From: Blastocystis sp. Blastoise
Lineage: Eukaryota; Protista; Bigyra: Opalinata
Direction of reading: 5' to 3'
NCBI GenBank assembly: GCA_039096225.1
Contig: JBBPEB010000013.1
Coordinates: 2,099,989 to 2,163,988, forward strand
DNA: 64,000 bases
Under the pieces are notes generated by a model, which saw only the letters and a list, made by a program, of their open reading frames with translations, was not told the DNA's origin and searched no databases. How positions within the stretch are numbered: position 1 is the stretch's first letter; every line of letters begins with the position of its first letter. Both the position numbers and the translations under genes were made by a program. This document shows, one piece after another, positions 13,083 to 26,300 of the stretch.

Positions 13083-14889
13083 TTAATTAAATAAGAATTA
13101 TAGGATGAATTATCAGAAAGAAATAAAAGTGTTTTGAAAACAAGAAAATTCTCTTAATTATTTGTTAGAATCTCAGTGAAAAATGGTTTGTGTTATTTAA
13201 AATGAGTTTGTTTGAATTTTGTTTGATTTCTTTGTTGTTATGGAGTTGATGTGTTATTTATAGTGTTAGAAGGTTTTATATTTGAATGATTATGCTGATT
13301 GTTGCTTATTATTTTAAAATAATTAATTTAATTTTGAAATAATTCATTTAATATTTAAGTTAGACGAGTATTATAATGAGTATATAAAAGTTTATGTGAT
13401 GAGTTAAATAGTATTATAGTAATTAAATAAGAGAAAAGTCTTTTAAGTCAATTTTACTTTTTAATTGTTTGTTTTATTGAATTATTTTTGATTTATTGTA
13501 TTATTTAAAACATTTTACATATTATTTGAAATCAATTAATATATTTTAGTGATACTTATTGCTATGAAAACTGAATGATTATCATAAATCTTAATCATAT
13601 GAATAATATAGCATCTATACATTTTATAGTTTACTTTAAAGCCATTTAATACTTTATAATTCATCTTATCATATTAAAAAATGAAGAAAACAATAGAATC
13701 GTCTTTTCCCATAATTGTACTACTCTTCTCCATAAGTTGCAATATAATATTTTTTGGGTATTTCTACCAATTTTTCTTCTTTTTTTCCTTTATCGTTTCT
13801 TTCCATCAATTCACATAATGATATGAACAATTAGCAGATATCATAAAACTGATAACTCAAGTCAGGAAAGAAACACAATTATTAGAATGTCTATATAGAA
13901 TATCAATGAATAGAAACTCTCGTATTTTACCACTATTTCTCTTGTATTATACATAAATTGACTGATTGTAAAAAAGTTGCTAATTCAACTGTTTTGAAAA
14001 TAGTATAAAAATCGTTATAGCTATAGTTTCGGTATTTCCCAAGAAATCAGTAAAAGTGATCTTATTAGTCAAGAGAGAATTCTACAGTGTCTACAGTCAA
14101 GTCTAAAAACAATGAAAACCTATTGGAGTCAATAAACAAAGAATTCTTCTAACAATTTCTCGCTATTTACCTAGTTTTTAAATAAGATATTCTTTATAAG
14201 CTATGTTATCAAAACGAGTCATAAAAAATAGTAAAATTTGTTTTATTTTTCTATATAAAAAGATTGCTATCTTATGTCAATACGACTTTTCCCATAAATC
14301 AGCAAACGATATTCAGAAACTCTTCATTCATTTGTATTCGTTGCTTTTTGCAAAATACTTTGGCTATCAATTTTTATTTTTCATTTTATTCTATGAATAT
14401 GGAATATTATTATATAATTTATTATTTTCTAATGAGTATTTTATGTGTATTCTTCATTAGTAGATTTTAAAATACATAATAAAGACAATTATAGTGATTC
14501 CATTTCAATAATGTTGTCAATTTTGAGTATAAATTGTTATATGATGTTTATCAATATTAGAGATATACATAAATGAATTTTATAGGATTAAAAGAGGAAA
14601 TGATAAAAAAATAGTTTATAAATTTGTATTAAAAATATTTTGTAAATTTTATGAGACTTTTTATTCTAAAAATTTATTTTTCTTTATTTTTGAATGATGA
14701 AACGTATTAAATCATTTATAAATGTATTATTCTATTCTATCTACTTGCTAACTTGTTTATTTGATTAAAATAAATACATGAAATCACTGATTCTCCAAGA
14801 TGAGTGTATTTTTCTTATTAAATGAGTTAAAAATAAAAGTTATTCACAATGTATTGAATATGTATAATAACAAATAATAAAAAATAACT

Positions 14890-15540
14890 ATGAAAAAACA
14901 TCAAAAATGATGTTCTATAAAAATATATATGAAGAGTCTTTACATATCAAAATCAGTGTCATAAAGAAATATAAACTCATAGATTTATAAATGATTTATT
15001 ATATGAAGAGGATATTTATGCATTTAATAATGTGAACTATTTCTTCAAAATACTTTATACAATAAAGAACAACAATGAAATACTTGTAGAGAATTCAGTA
15101 GATGAAACAGTTTCATACTCTTCAACTGTTTTCAATCCATGTATATGAACAGATTCTTGATAAATATTAATTTATATATAATATAATAACTACATAAATA
15201 GCATGAATATCAGGAAATAAAGATGACTTGCTTGTTTCAATTGGTATACATAAGGTATATTCATGTTATAATTTATTATAATTTGATAGAATAGAGTTTT
15301 GTAACTTTATGGAATATAATATTGCTATTATTTCAAAAACAAGCGGAGAATCACTGTTAATTGTTTCTATCTTGCTGAAATTCCAGTAGAGAATAAATAA
15401 TTGACATCTTATGACATCATAAATCATTCTAGACTTCTTAAACAGCTGCTCATGAAAATCAATAGAGGATTTTGAAAATAATTTGTTGAAGAATTGCTAA
15501 CAATTGACTTTTATTTGAAATGTACTTGCCTTAAATATAA
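14890..15540 (+). pseudogene. Decayed intronless coding relic, unknown (possibly TE-derived)
   Basis: Protein-like stretches (HRFINDLLYEEDIYAFNNVNYFFKILYTIKNNNEILVENSVDETV; RITVNCFYLAEIPVENK*LTSYDIINHSRLLKQLLMK) broken by stops. No diagnostic motif. Confidence 0.2.
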
Positions 15541-15759
15541 TCAAGACAACCAATCATACATTCTATTTTGTTCTTTTGATAATTTTGATTCTTGTATTTC
15601 TTTTTTTGATTATAAAAATAAATTCTTTGAGTATATCCATGTTCTCTAAGTGTTTTAACGAACATATTCAACTATATTGAATTGAATATGTTATTTTAAC
15701 GATATAAAATGATTAAAAAAGATTTAAAAACAATAATATTTTTCACTTTTCAATTTTTT

Positions 15760-15769
15760 CGCTATAAAA
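15760..15769 (+). promoter_or_regulatory. Candidate core-promoter motif CGCTATAAAA (also 21126-21135 and 46362-46371)
   Basis: The same CpG-containing TATA-like 10-mer lies upstream of the gene at 16041 and ~75 bp upstream of both TLDc genes. Confidence 0.35.
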
Positions 15770-16040
15770 AAAAATATAATCGTGATTCTTTTTTGATACT
15801 TGTTCATTCACATTGAAATGCTATATAATTACACTTAATATCAATTAGTAACTAAGAGTAATTCCATATATATCTTTTCTAAAAATTTGCAAGTTTTAAT
15901 TTTTCTTGCTTTCACTGATTCATTATTTTTATTCTAGGATACAACTTTTTTCAAAGTATTTATTGAATATATTATATAGAAATTTGTTTATAAAGCAAAA
16001 CACTTTATAATTATGTTATTTTTATAGTTGAATTCAAGTG

Positions 16041-19000
16041 ATGTCAGAAAACAAGTCAATATTAGCAGAAGATAAATGTATTTGAGTATGATTACAATCA
16101 ATTTATATGTTTTTAGATTTATTTACATTTCAAGATGAGACGCAATTATGGATTTCAAGAGAATTTTTGGAGAAATATCCTCAATTCCCCTTTCATGATA
16201 TTATTCAACACTCAGATAAATATGAAGATGGTAGCTATTATATAGATATACCTTCATTAAACATTGAGAAGGTGATTTCTTTGTTTAATGATAAAAATAT
16301 AGATATTTCTTCTTTAAATCTACGAGACACTTATGATATATATAGAACACTTTTTGAATATTCAGTTACACTTGATAAAGAAATTCAAAGTGATTTATTA
16401 TTTCATGTTGAAGAATTATTTATTGACTATTTGAAAGCGAATCATTATGCTATATATGGCAATAAAAAAAAGAATCATCAATTAACTATTCCTATGGAAG
16501 TATTTAATTCAGAAACTAAAATTCTTTTTATTAATGGTAATTATATTACTATTTAAAGAAAAACTAAATATATATAGGATTAATTACTTCTTTACAAAAG
16601 GAATTATTATTCTATTATTCGCTTCTTATTAAAATGATGAATATTACACAAGTAGATATAAATTGTATTTATATATATACTTATTATAATACTAATGCTA
16701 TTTATAAAATATAGATGAATATGCCTCGAATATTCCATTAGAATATATATGTCCATCATGTATTAAAGATATATTTCCTTCATTAAGAAAATTAACAATT
16801 TCTAGTATATAAATATATAAATATATAAATATATAAATATATAAATATAATAATATATAAATATATAAAAATATAAATATAATAATATAATAATATAATA
16901 ATATATAAATATATAAATATATAGTAACTATACATTATAATAAAAGTGATGAATTATTGAATCCAAATACCGAGGAGTATTTGAAAGAATACACTGTATT
17001 TTGTAATAAATATGGATATAAAATGAAAAATAATGAGACTTATGAATATTACATGAAATCTGAAATGAAACGATATAATGAAGTTTCTCCTTTTAATAAG
17101 ACTGTTGCTGAATCACAAAATTATAAATTAGATTCTTATTTTGAAAGAGTAAAAATGAATGCTTTGCCTAAATTATATAAATGTAATATTGATGAAACTT
17201 TATATGTAAATGACTTTTCACAAATAGAAAGATCTCAAAATAATGATAGTTATATACTCATGAATAAAATTGGTATCGAATATGATAGTATGTATTTTTG
17301 TAATAGTTTATTAATAATTCTTTTTATAGTTAAAACAGGAAGTGAAACATTATAGTATGTATATAATTTATTTATTAATAATTTATTATGAGTAGTATTT
17401 ATGAACTGAATTCTGAGTATGGTATAACTCAACTATTAAGTGTTCCTTTATATTCTTCTATTTCAGAAATAAATATATCTGGTTGTATTTGAATTTATAT
17501 ATTTTTAATTAGAATAACTATTATGTAGATAAGTCTATTCAAAAACGGTTTACTATTCCTATTGTAAATGCATTTGAAAATGGTGTTTTTGATTCTATCA
17601 AAACTATAAATGCTCTATGGTGTATTTTTATTTATATTCATTAATAAATAATTATATATATTAAAGTTTTAGAAATGCTAGAGGATAATAAATGGATACA
17701 AAAACATATTTTTCCTAATGTCACTAAATTTATATATGATGATCGTGATAGTATATATATATATATATATAATGTATATATAATATATAGAATTTATGTC
17801 AATGTCGTTAGTCAATAAAGAAAGATTTCCTGGACTTCATATAATTCATTATGGTGTAAATTTTGGTATAATTATATAATAATTATTATTTCAAATATAG
17901 AACTAATATATTCTAGATGAATCTGATTTACAGAATTTGTTTCCTGGGAGATTCATATCTATGATTGATACTATTATATTGGATGATTATGATGAACGTT
18001 TAGAGAGTGTAACTCCATTTTTAGATGATTTAGCTTTTAATCATTCTATTCATATTGATGGACTCTGTATATTAAGTTTTACAAAATATACTATTTATGT
18101 TTTTTTTTAATGTTAATAATTCTTTAATCTCGATATATGATGTTATATATATAATTATATAGATGATAACATAAATGATTTATCTCATCGTGAAGAACTA
18201 TTAGAAAAGAACATAATTTCTTTGCCTGATGATCTTGAAGTAAATGCTTGTGAGGAATATTATTATGATAGTTTGTTAGAGTATTATAAATATGCAGAGA
18301 ATCAAAAGTTAAAGACATTTAATATTATTTTTTTATATATATGGAGAAGAGATGATGATTATGATATTGAATATAGAGAAAGAAATGGACTTAATAAATT
18401 TGAAGAAATAACTAGTGACAATGAAGAAATAACTAGTGACTATGAAGAATATGAAGAAGTTCACGATACACCTATTGGTGATGACATGAAAGATGATTTA
18501 GAATTACTGTTTGAAAGTAGCTCATTAGATCATTTAGATAGTTTTTCTTTTGAACGTATGCTATTTTTAGTATTATTATTAGAATTAGAATAATTCTTAC
18601 TTTGATATAGTAGAACAAATATGTACGAGAAAACTAAGATGGATAAGTAATCTTTTTAATCATAATACAATAGGATGTAACGAATTGAATGTTAATTGTA
18701 TATAAATTAATAATATTTTTTATATATATATAGTAAAACAAATAGGTTCAGAGTCATCATCCGAATATTTCTCATTGATTCAAGATATTCTTAAAAAAAT
18801 CATTCCTAAATCCTCTGATGTGTCTCTAAACGGTATTTAAATTTGTATCATATTATAATTACTTTATATATAAAGGGATAACTCATTATAATATTATTGA
18901 AAGTTTAATAGAGAATGGCTATTTTCATAATACGGCACAATTAAAACTAGGTATAATAAATATATATGATTATTATTATTATAAAGATTTCTATTGTTAT

Positions 19001-19885
19001 TATTGATAAATATAATGAAATTCATTATAGAATTACGTAATTTTTCAATTAGTTCCTTTTTTGAACTATATACAAAGAATAATTTCCCACAATTAAAGAA
19101 TATTGATATCTGTATATATCTATAAGAATTTTGTGTTTGATAGATTAAGATATATATTATTTACTTAAGTATTAACAATAATATATATATAGCATGTAGT
19201 AAAATATCATTTGAACCTTTTATGGAAACTTTATGCTTATGTTTAAGAAAAGACAGCTTTTTATCTTAAACTACAGTTTCATTAAATGGTATATTATGAA
19301 ATAGATATATATAAAATTCATTTGCTATAAATATCAATTATATATTCTATAATAAATTTAGATAATATATGTTATAATCCAAGTTATTCCATTCTTCAAT
19401 GCAAATATTCTTTGATGACACCAATGGAATCTATTATTATTGACAATAGTATATATATAATTTATATTTATATTTATAATAATGAAGTTTTTAATTAAAT
19501 TAAAATATAAATATATAGATGAAGATGTATCTAAGTATCAGATAGCTATATTATTAGATTGTATTAAAGAAAATAAAGTTCAAGATTTGAAATCTTTGAA
19601 GATATGTATATTTATTATTTAGTATATAGTAATTCTATATTCTATATATAGACTTTTATGAAACTGAATTACTTACAAAAATCATTGATATTGTTACTAC
19701 TCAAAAGATTCCAAAATTGAAAGAGTTTCTTTTTATTTGTAGTATATATATATAGTATATCATTATTATATCTATATTTAGATTTCAATATTTCTGAACA
19801 ATTAATTAATACATGCAAGCAACAATTAAAAGACTCGCCATTTATACAAAACAATCATTTACGTTATAAACTTTTAAAACTCTAA
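16041..19885 (+). CDS. BTB/POZ-like N-terminal domain + degenerate LRR-like repeats, copy 1; premature TAA near 3' end (truncated or pseudogene)
   Basis: ATG 16041 MSENKSILAEDK, then intron, then LFTFQDETQLWISREFLEKYPQFPFHDIIQHSDKYEDGSYYID (KCTD-type BTB pattern). Repeated FPxL motifs (IFPSLRKLTI, IFPNVTKF, RFPGLHII, NFPQLKNIDI). Exon-by-exon colinear with 41179-44982. In-frame TAA at 19267-19269 aligns with a TCA codon in the paralog. Terminal TAA at 19883-19885. Confidence 0.7.
16806..16923. repeat. (ATATAA)n microsatellite expansion inside an intron
   Basis: Run of ATATAA units. This intron is ~118 bp versus ~35 bp for the equivalent intron of the paralog (41945-41979). Confidence 0.8.
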
Positions 19886-21201
19886 TTTTTTTCATTAATT
19901 ACGTTTTTATTTATATTTATTATATATATATATATATATTAATTATTATGAACTTTTTTAAACATTATATTTAAATGGTATATTTTTATATTATTGATGA
20001 AATACTATTAATATGGTCTTGCTTATATTATATAATACTTATATATACTCACAATTCCAAAGAGATCTTTTTATAAGTGTAAATTATCAAATCAATTATT
20101 TTTCTATTCATTATCCATTGTTTTATGTAAAAGCATAAATTAAATATTTTATTAATATTATCATAAACACTTAATAATGAAATATAAACACATAGATAGG
20201 CGTGAAACTTTAAAAATATATATATAATATCATAATTGTTTTTTTATTTTATATATTTAGTTGAATGTATAAGTTTCTAAACATCATATAGTAGGCTTTT
20301 AAATATAGATAATAAATGTGAACAAAATGGCTATTATTAGTATGTATTTAGAGTCAAAATTATGGTTTTATATATATTTTTTAATTCTTGATTGTATTGA
20401 AACATTGGAAATAATATATACAAAAGTAATTTGTAATAATCAAATTATTCTATCGCTTTTAAGAGAGTTGTCTTGACAATAATTGAATGCTACTTTGATT
20501 TAAACTATACTTGACTTTATATAAACCAAAATACAAAATTAAGATTTCAAAAATACACATTTGATCACCAATCTCAGTGAAAATTGTCACACAGCAATTC
20601 CATCAACTGATGTAAGAAGTAACTGGAAATAATTGGAATGATTATAAAAGGAAGTAAGGCAATCATAATATAGATAGGTGATTCATGCGAATAATAATTG
20701 TTTAAAGAATAATAAACATCAATTGAAGCTCAAATAGATCATATGAAGAAACTTTGACACAAAATGCTAATAAAAGAAGATATTCAAAAAGTATTCATGA
20801 AGATTATTAATATTAAGAATGCTTAAATTAATCATAAATATAGAACAGACTTACTACTATAGCTAATCGAACAAAGAATGACAATGAGTTGTTTATTGTA
20901 ATCTGTTTTAATGCTATTTTTGTAAATCACACAATTTATAAATATTAAGATTGAATAATCTTATTAAAAATGTAAATTAAATGAATAATAAAGATATTTA
21001 ATGAATGAATTAAAAAGTTGATTAAAATCATGATTTATTTTAAAATGAAAGCTATTAAATGAAAATAATTATAAATTGATAAAATAAAAGTGTTTAAAAA
21101 TATTTACGATTTTTTAAAATTTTTACGCTATAAAAGAAAATAGTTTCATAATTTAATTAAAAGAAGCTTTCATTTTTCTTTTATTTCTTTTATTGTTTAG
21201 A

Positions 21202-22739
21202 ATGGTGAAAGAGAAGGTAGAATTTGATGCGAATAAGATTGGTGATATTCAGAAGGATGTAATTCATTTTGAAAGACTGATTGGTGATTTGATTGGTATT
21301 TTGAGTAAGTCAATAAGTTTCTGTATTCATTCAGGTGAGTCCGTGAATGAATTAGTGAATCGATTAACAAGAAATTGTGAAGGAATGAAGGATAAGAATG
21401 GTGTTGATCCACAAATAATTATCCAAGAATCTTCATATGTTCATGAAAGTGATTTAAATATGAATAATAATGATAATGGAATTGATTATATTCGATTTAC
21501 GAATGCAGGTCCAGTTTATTCTCTTCCTAAAAGAATAACAAATAGTTTAGTAGGTAGTTTTATTTATGAAGCTTCTCAAGAAGATCAAAGAGCTAATGAT
21601 GGTACTATATTTATTGATTATCATGGTGATGAAACAGTTGCTCCTTTATTAATTGATTCTTTAATGAATAAGAAAGTGAATATTGATAAATTAAGTTTTG
21701 ATGATCAAATTGATTTATTAAGAATGTTTGATTACTGTAGTTTACCAATTCCTAAAGAATTTGTAAAATATTCATATAGATTTAGAAAGAATCATATTAT
21801 GAAACACTATGAAGAAGGTGATGATGTTATTCTTTATATAAATGATAAGAAAGATGATATACTAAGAGATTATTTAAAGAAGAATGGATTATGGAATAAT
21901 ATAGTAAATGAATATAGTGATGGATATGTAGATTATGATGAAAAGAATAATGAAATGTATATGAATATGAATTATACATATATTGATCATATTGATGAAT
22001 ATATTCAATATAATTATATTTATATATCTGAAGAAGAAACAAAAAATATAAATAGAGAATTATTAGAGAATGAAATGTATAGTTTATTTGGTGATACAGG
22101 AAAAGAAAAGGTAAAAGAAGGAATGATGATTCCTCAATATTTTGTTGGCACAAAAATAATAATGAATTATTCAGTGGAAATACATTTAGTGAATTGGCTT
22201 GGTAAAGAAAAGAAATGGAAATTATTATTTAGAGCAAGTGAACATGATTACTTAGCAAGTGAATTTCATAGATATTGTGATAATAAAAGAGAAACAGTAA
22301 CTATAATCAAACATACAGGTCATAATAATAACATTAATATATTTGGAGGATATACAGATCAAAATTGGGATAGTTCAAGTTGTATATTTATTTTATTTAA
22401 TCATTCAATATGATTTATATAGGTTGGAAACCTTATTCTAAAGAATTTCTATTTATATTTAGCAATGAACATAATATTCCTCCTACTAAATATGAATATA
22501 TAAATAATGATAAAAAATATGGTATATACTGTTATTCTTCTAATGGTCCATCATTTGGAAATGGCCATGATATCTATATATCTGATCAATGTCATAGTAA
22601 TACCGATTCTTATTGTTCTGCATCTTCTTATTCTGAAGTGAATACTCCTCAAAAATCATCATTATTTGTAAATACTAATAGTGATAATTTTACGAATAAA
22701 TTTACAGTAGAAGATTATGAAGTCTGGGGAAGAGCATAA
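21202..22739 (+). CDS. BTB-like + TLDc domain protein, copy 1 (one intron)
   Basis: ORFs 21193-22413 and 22410-22739 are joined by an intron (donor 22379 or 22382, acceptor 22422). TLDc motifs WKLLFRASEHDYLASEFHRYCDNK.ETVTIIK..NIFGGYT..W, FLF, GPSFGNGHDIYISDQC, FTVEDYEVW. BTB-like segment YIRFT..GPVYSLPK..DGTIFID. Confidence 0.85.
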
Positions 22740-22960
22740 AATGGGATAATACATTATGATTTCTTTTTGTTTTATTTTTTAATATATATTTTTTTTTCTT
22801 TTCTTTCTTTAGAAAGGTTTTTTCAATATATATTATCTTTTTTTAATGAATCAAATACATAAAATAGTTGTGTTAATTGCTTCTTAAATATGATTATAAT
22901 AATAAAAGATAATCAATATAATTAATACATAATTTTTTCAATCATAACAAATAGATAAAA

Positions 22961-23097
22961 ATTTCCAAACATTTTGTGGCACTTGTTGTGATTGTCATAA
23001 AAAAACTACTGTATATTAATTTATATAGAAAATGTAAAAATTTTTCATCATCAAAAAGTTACGAAAGTGTCACATTTTGTATGATAATTGTACTGCC
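22961..23097. mobile_element. Highly decayed relative of the 1474-1655 MITE
   Basis: TTTTGTGGCACTTGTTGTGA and GTCACATTTTGTATGATAATTG resemble the reverse complement of the MITE (TTTTGTGACAGTTGCCATGA; GTCACAAATTTTGGTGACAATTG) and the copy at 48825. No TIR or TSD is left. Confidence 0.4.
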
Positions 23098-23335
23098 GAA
23101 AATAATATTATTATGAAAGACACTGTATTAAAAAACATTTTTATTAAAAAATATTTTAAAATAATATTTAAATAATATGAATAATTATTTGAAAAAGTAA
23201 ATAAACAATTTTCTCAATGTTTAATATGACTATTATAAAACAAAACCAATAAAATATTATTATTATATTAATCACGAATAATTATTAAAAAATAATAATA
23301 TATATATATATGAAATTATATATAAAGAAAAAAGA

Positions 23336-26300
23336 TTATAATGTAACATTTTTTTCAACTTTAACAGTTTCAACTTCTATTTTTTTGTGAGGTTTTAATT
23401 TCTTTTCTTTCTTTTCTTTCTTTATATTTTTTAGAACAAATATTAATATCAAAAGTATAACAAGAATGACAATAACAACAATAAGAATAATTGTTGTAAT
23501 TGAAAGAGAATTACCTGTTGATACTATTTTTCCATTAATTGAAGTATTAGTAATAATTTGAAGATTAGAATCATTACTTGTTTTACATGCTTTAAGAAGA
23601 ATAGAATCAATACCAGTAAATAGTGTATTTATATCATTCTTTATATTATCTTCATCAGATTCATTTGCAGTTATTCTTACATTAACTGAAACACCATCAG
23701 TATAAGTAGATATACTAGAAACACTAATAATCTTTACAGCAGATGAAGGAATAGAATAACTAGTAAGTGATTGAACAATAAGTGTTCTAAATGTTTCAGT
23801 AGTAGAAGGAGTATTAAAAGCAGCTTCAGTTAATCCTTCAAGTTTTATAGGAATAGCAATAAATACTTTATTATCACCTGGATTTTCGCTGGCAGCAAAT
23901 ACATAACATTCAGAACTATCAGCAATTTGCCAAGAAGCAGTACCAACACCTGTATTTTGACAAACACGACTTTGAATACCTAATTGACCAGAAGGACACT
24001 CAATATAAGCAGTTATATCTCTTTCTGTAATAGGCCAATTATCATCAGAAGGACAATAAACAATACTTATCGTAATAGTAATAGTAGCAGTAGATTCTCC
24101 TCTTGCATTAGAAGCAGTAATAGTATAACTATTAGAAGAAGCTGAAGTAGGAATACCATATATAAAGCCATTTTGAGTATTAAATATTAATCCATCAGGA
24201 AGAGAAGGAGATATAGTTAAAGGATTCAAATTACCACCTGTAATAGAAGCCATAATTGGAGTAATAATATCATTCTTATATCCAATAATAGTATTTGTAT
24301 TATAAGAAATTGAAGGTATCTTTAATTCACAATTATTAATAATATCTCCCCAAACAGCAGGATAACCAAGTTTACATAATCTTGTTCTAAATCCTTCATA
24401 ATTAATAGGATCTTCACAAGGTAAAGTAACTTGGTTACCAATTTCTGTAATAGGCCAAATAATATCATCAGGACAATTAGCAATACTAATAATAATAGTA
24501 ATAGTAGTAGTATATTCTCCTCTTGAATTAGATATAGTAATAGTATAACTATTAGAAGAATCAGAAGTAGGTGTACCATATATTTGACCATTTTGATTAT
24601 TAAAAGATAATCCATCAGGAAGCGAAGGATTAATAGTTAAAGGATTCAAATTACCACCAGTAATAGAAGCTATAATTGGAGTAATAGCAATATTTTTATA
24701 TCCAATAATTTCATTAGTATTATAAGAAATTGAAGGCATCTTTAATTCACAATTATTAACAGCATCTTCCCAAACAGCAGGATTTCCTAATAAACATAAT
24801 CTTGTTCTAAATCCTTCATAATTAATAGGATCTTCACAAGGTAAAGTAACTTGTTCTCCAGCTTCTGTAATAGGCCAAATATCATCCATTATACAATTAT
24901 AAATATTAATAATAATATTAATAACAGCATTATCTTCTCCTCTTGGATTTGATACAGTAATAACATAAGAACCAGAAGAAGAAGAAGTAGGTGTACCATA
25001 TATTTGACCATTTTCAGTATTAAATATTAATCCATCAGGAAGAGAAGGATTAATAGTAATAGAATTCAAATTACTACCTGTAATAGTAGCATTAACAGAA
25101 TTAATAGCAATATTCTTATATCCAGTAATAGTAGTTATATCATATATAATTGAAGGCATTTTTAGTTGACAATTATTAATAATATCTCCCCAAACAGCAG
25201 GATATTCAAGTTTACATAATCTTGTTCTAAATCCTTCATAATTCATAGTATCTTCACAAGGTAAAGTAATTTGTTGACCAGCTTCTGTAGACGGCCATAT
25301 ATCTTCCAAAGGACAATTAGTTGTGTTTATAGTAATAATAATACTTGTAGTAGTTTCTCCTTTTTGATTAGAAATAGTTACGGTATAAGAACCAGAAGAA
25401 GAAGCAGTAGGTGTACCATATATTAATCCAGTAATAGAATTAAATGATAAACCATCAGGAAGAGAAGGAGATATAGTTAAAGGATTCAAATTACTTCCAG
25501 TTATAAGAGCAGTAATAGGAGTAATAGGAATATTTTTATATCCAATAGTTGTAGGTACTGTATATATTATACTTGGCATTCTTAATTGACAATTATTAAC
25601 AACAGAATCCCAAACAGCAGGATAACCAAGTTGACAAGATCTTGTTCTTGATCCTTCATAATTAATAGGATCTTCACAAGGTAATGAAGCTTCTTGACCA
25701 ATTTCAGTAAGAGGCCAATTATCTTCAGAAGTACATAAAACTAATTCTATAAAAATCATGATAGTAGTAGAAACAGAACCAGCAGTATTCATAGCAGTGA
25801 TAGTATATGTAGTAATATTAGAATTTGTAGTAGGTGTACCAGAAATAACACCATTAATTTGATTAATAGTAAGACCATTAGGAAGAGCTGGATCAATAGT
25901 ATATGTCAATTCAGCACCAACTATATCAGGAGAAAGTGATACAGGTATATTTTTATGATAAATAAAAGGAGAACCAGTATAAGAAAGATCAGTAGGAGCG
26001 ACTACAGTACAAAACTGTTGAATTTCACCAAATATACCACCAGTACATAGTCTTCTTTGAATACCAGTATATTCGATAGAACATTTTTGAAATGAATAAC
26101 TTCCTTCAATAGCAGGCCCCCAAATACCATCAGCTACACAAGAAACAACCTTATTATTAATGTATAAACCAAATTCAGATAATTGAAAATAGGTATCACC
26201 ACACAGAAGAGTATCAAGATCAGAATTATCACATTCAGTAGTGATAAATCGATAAGAATTATAAGGTTGAAAAGAATAGAAATCATAAGAGAATGTTTTT

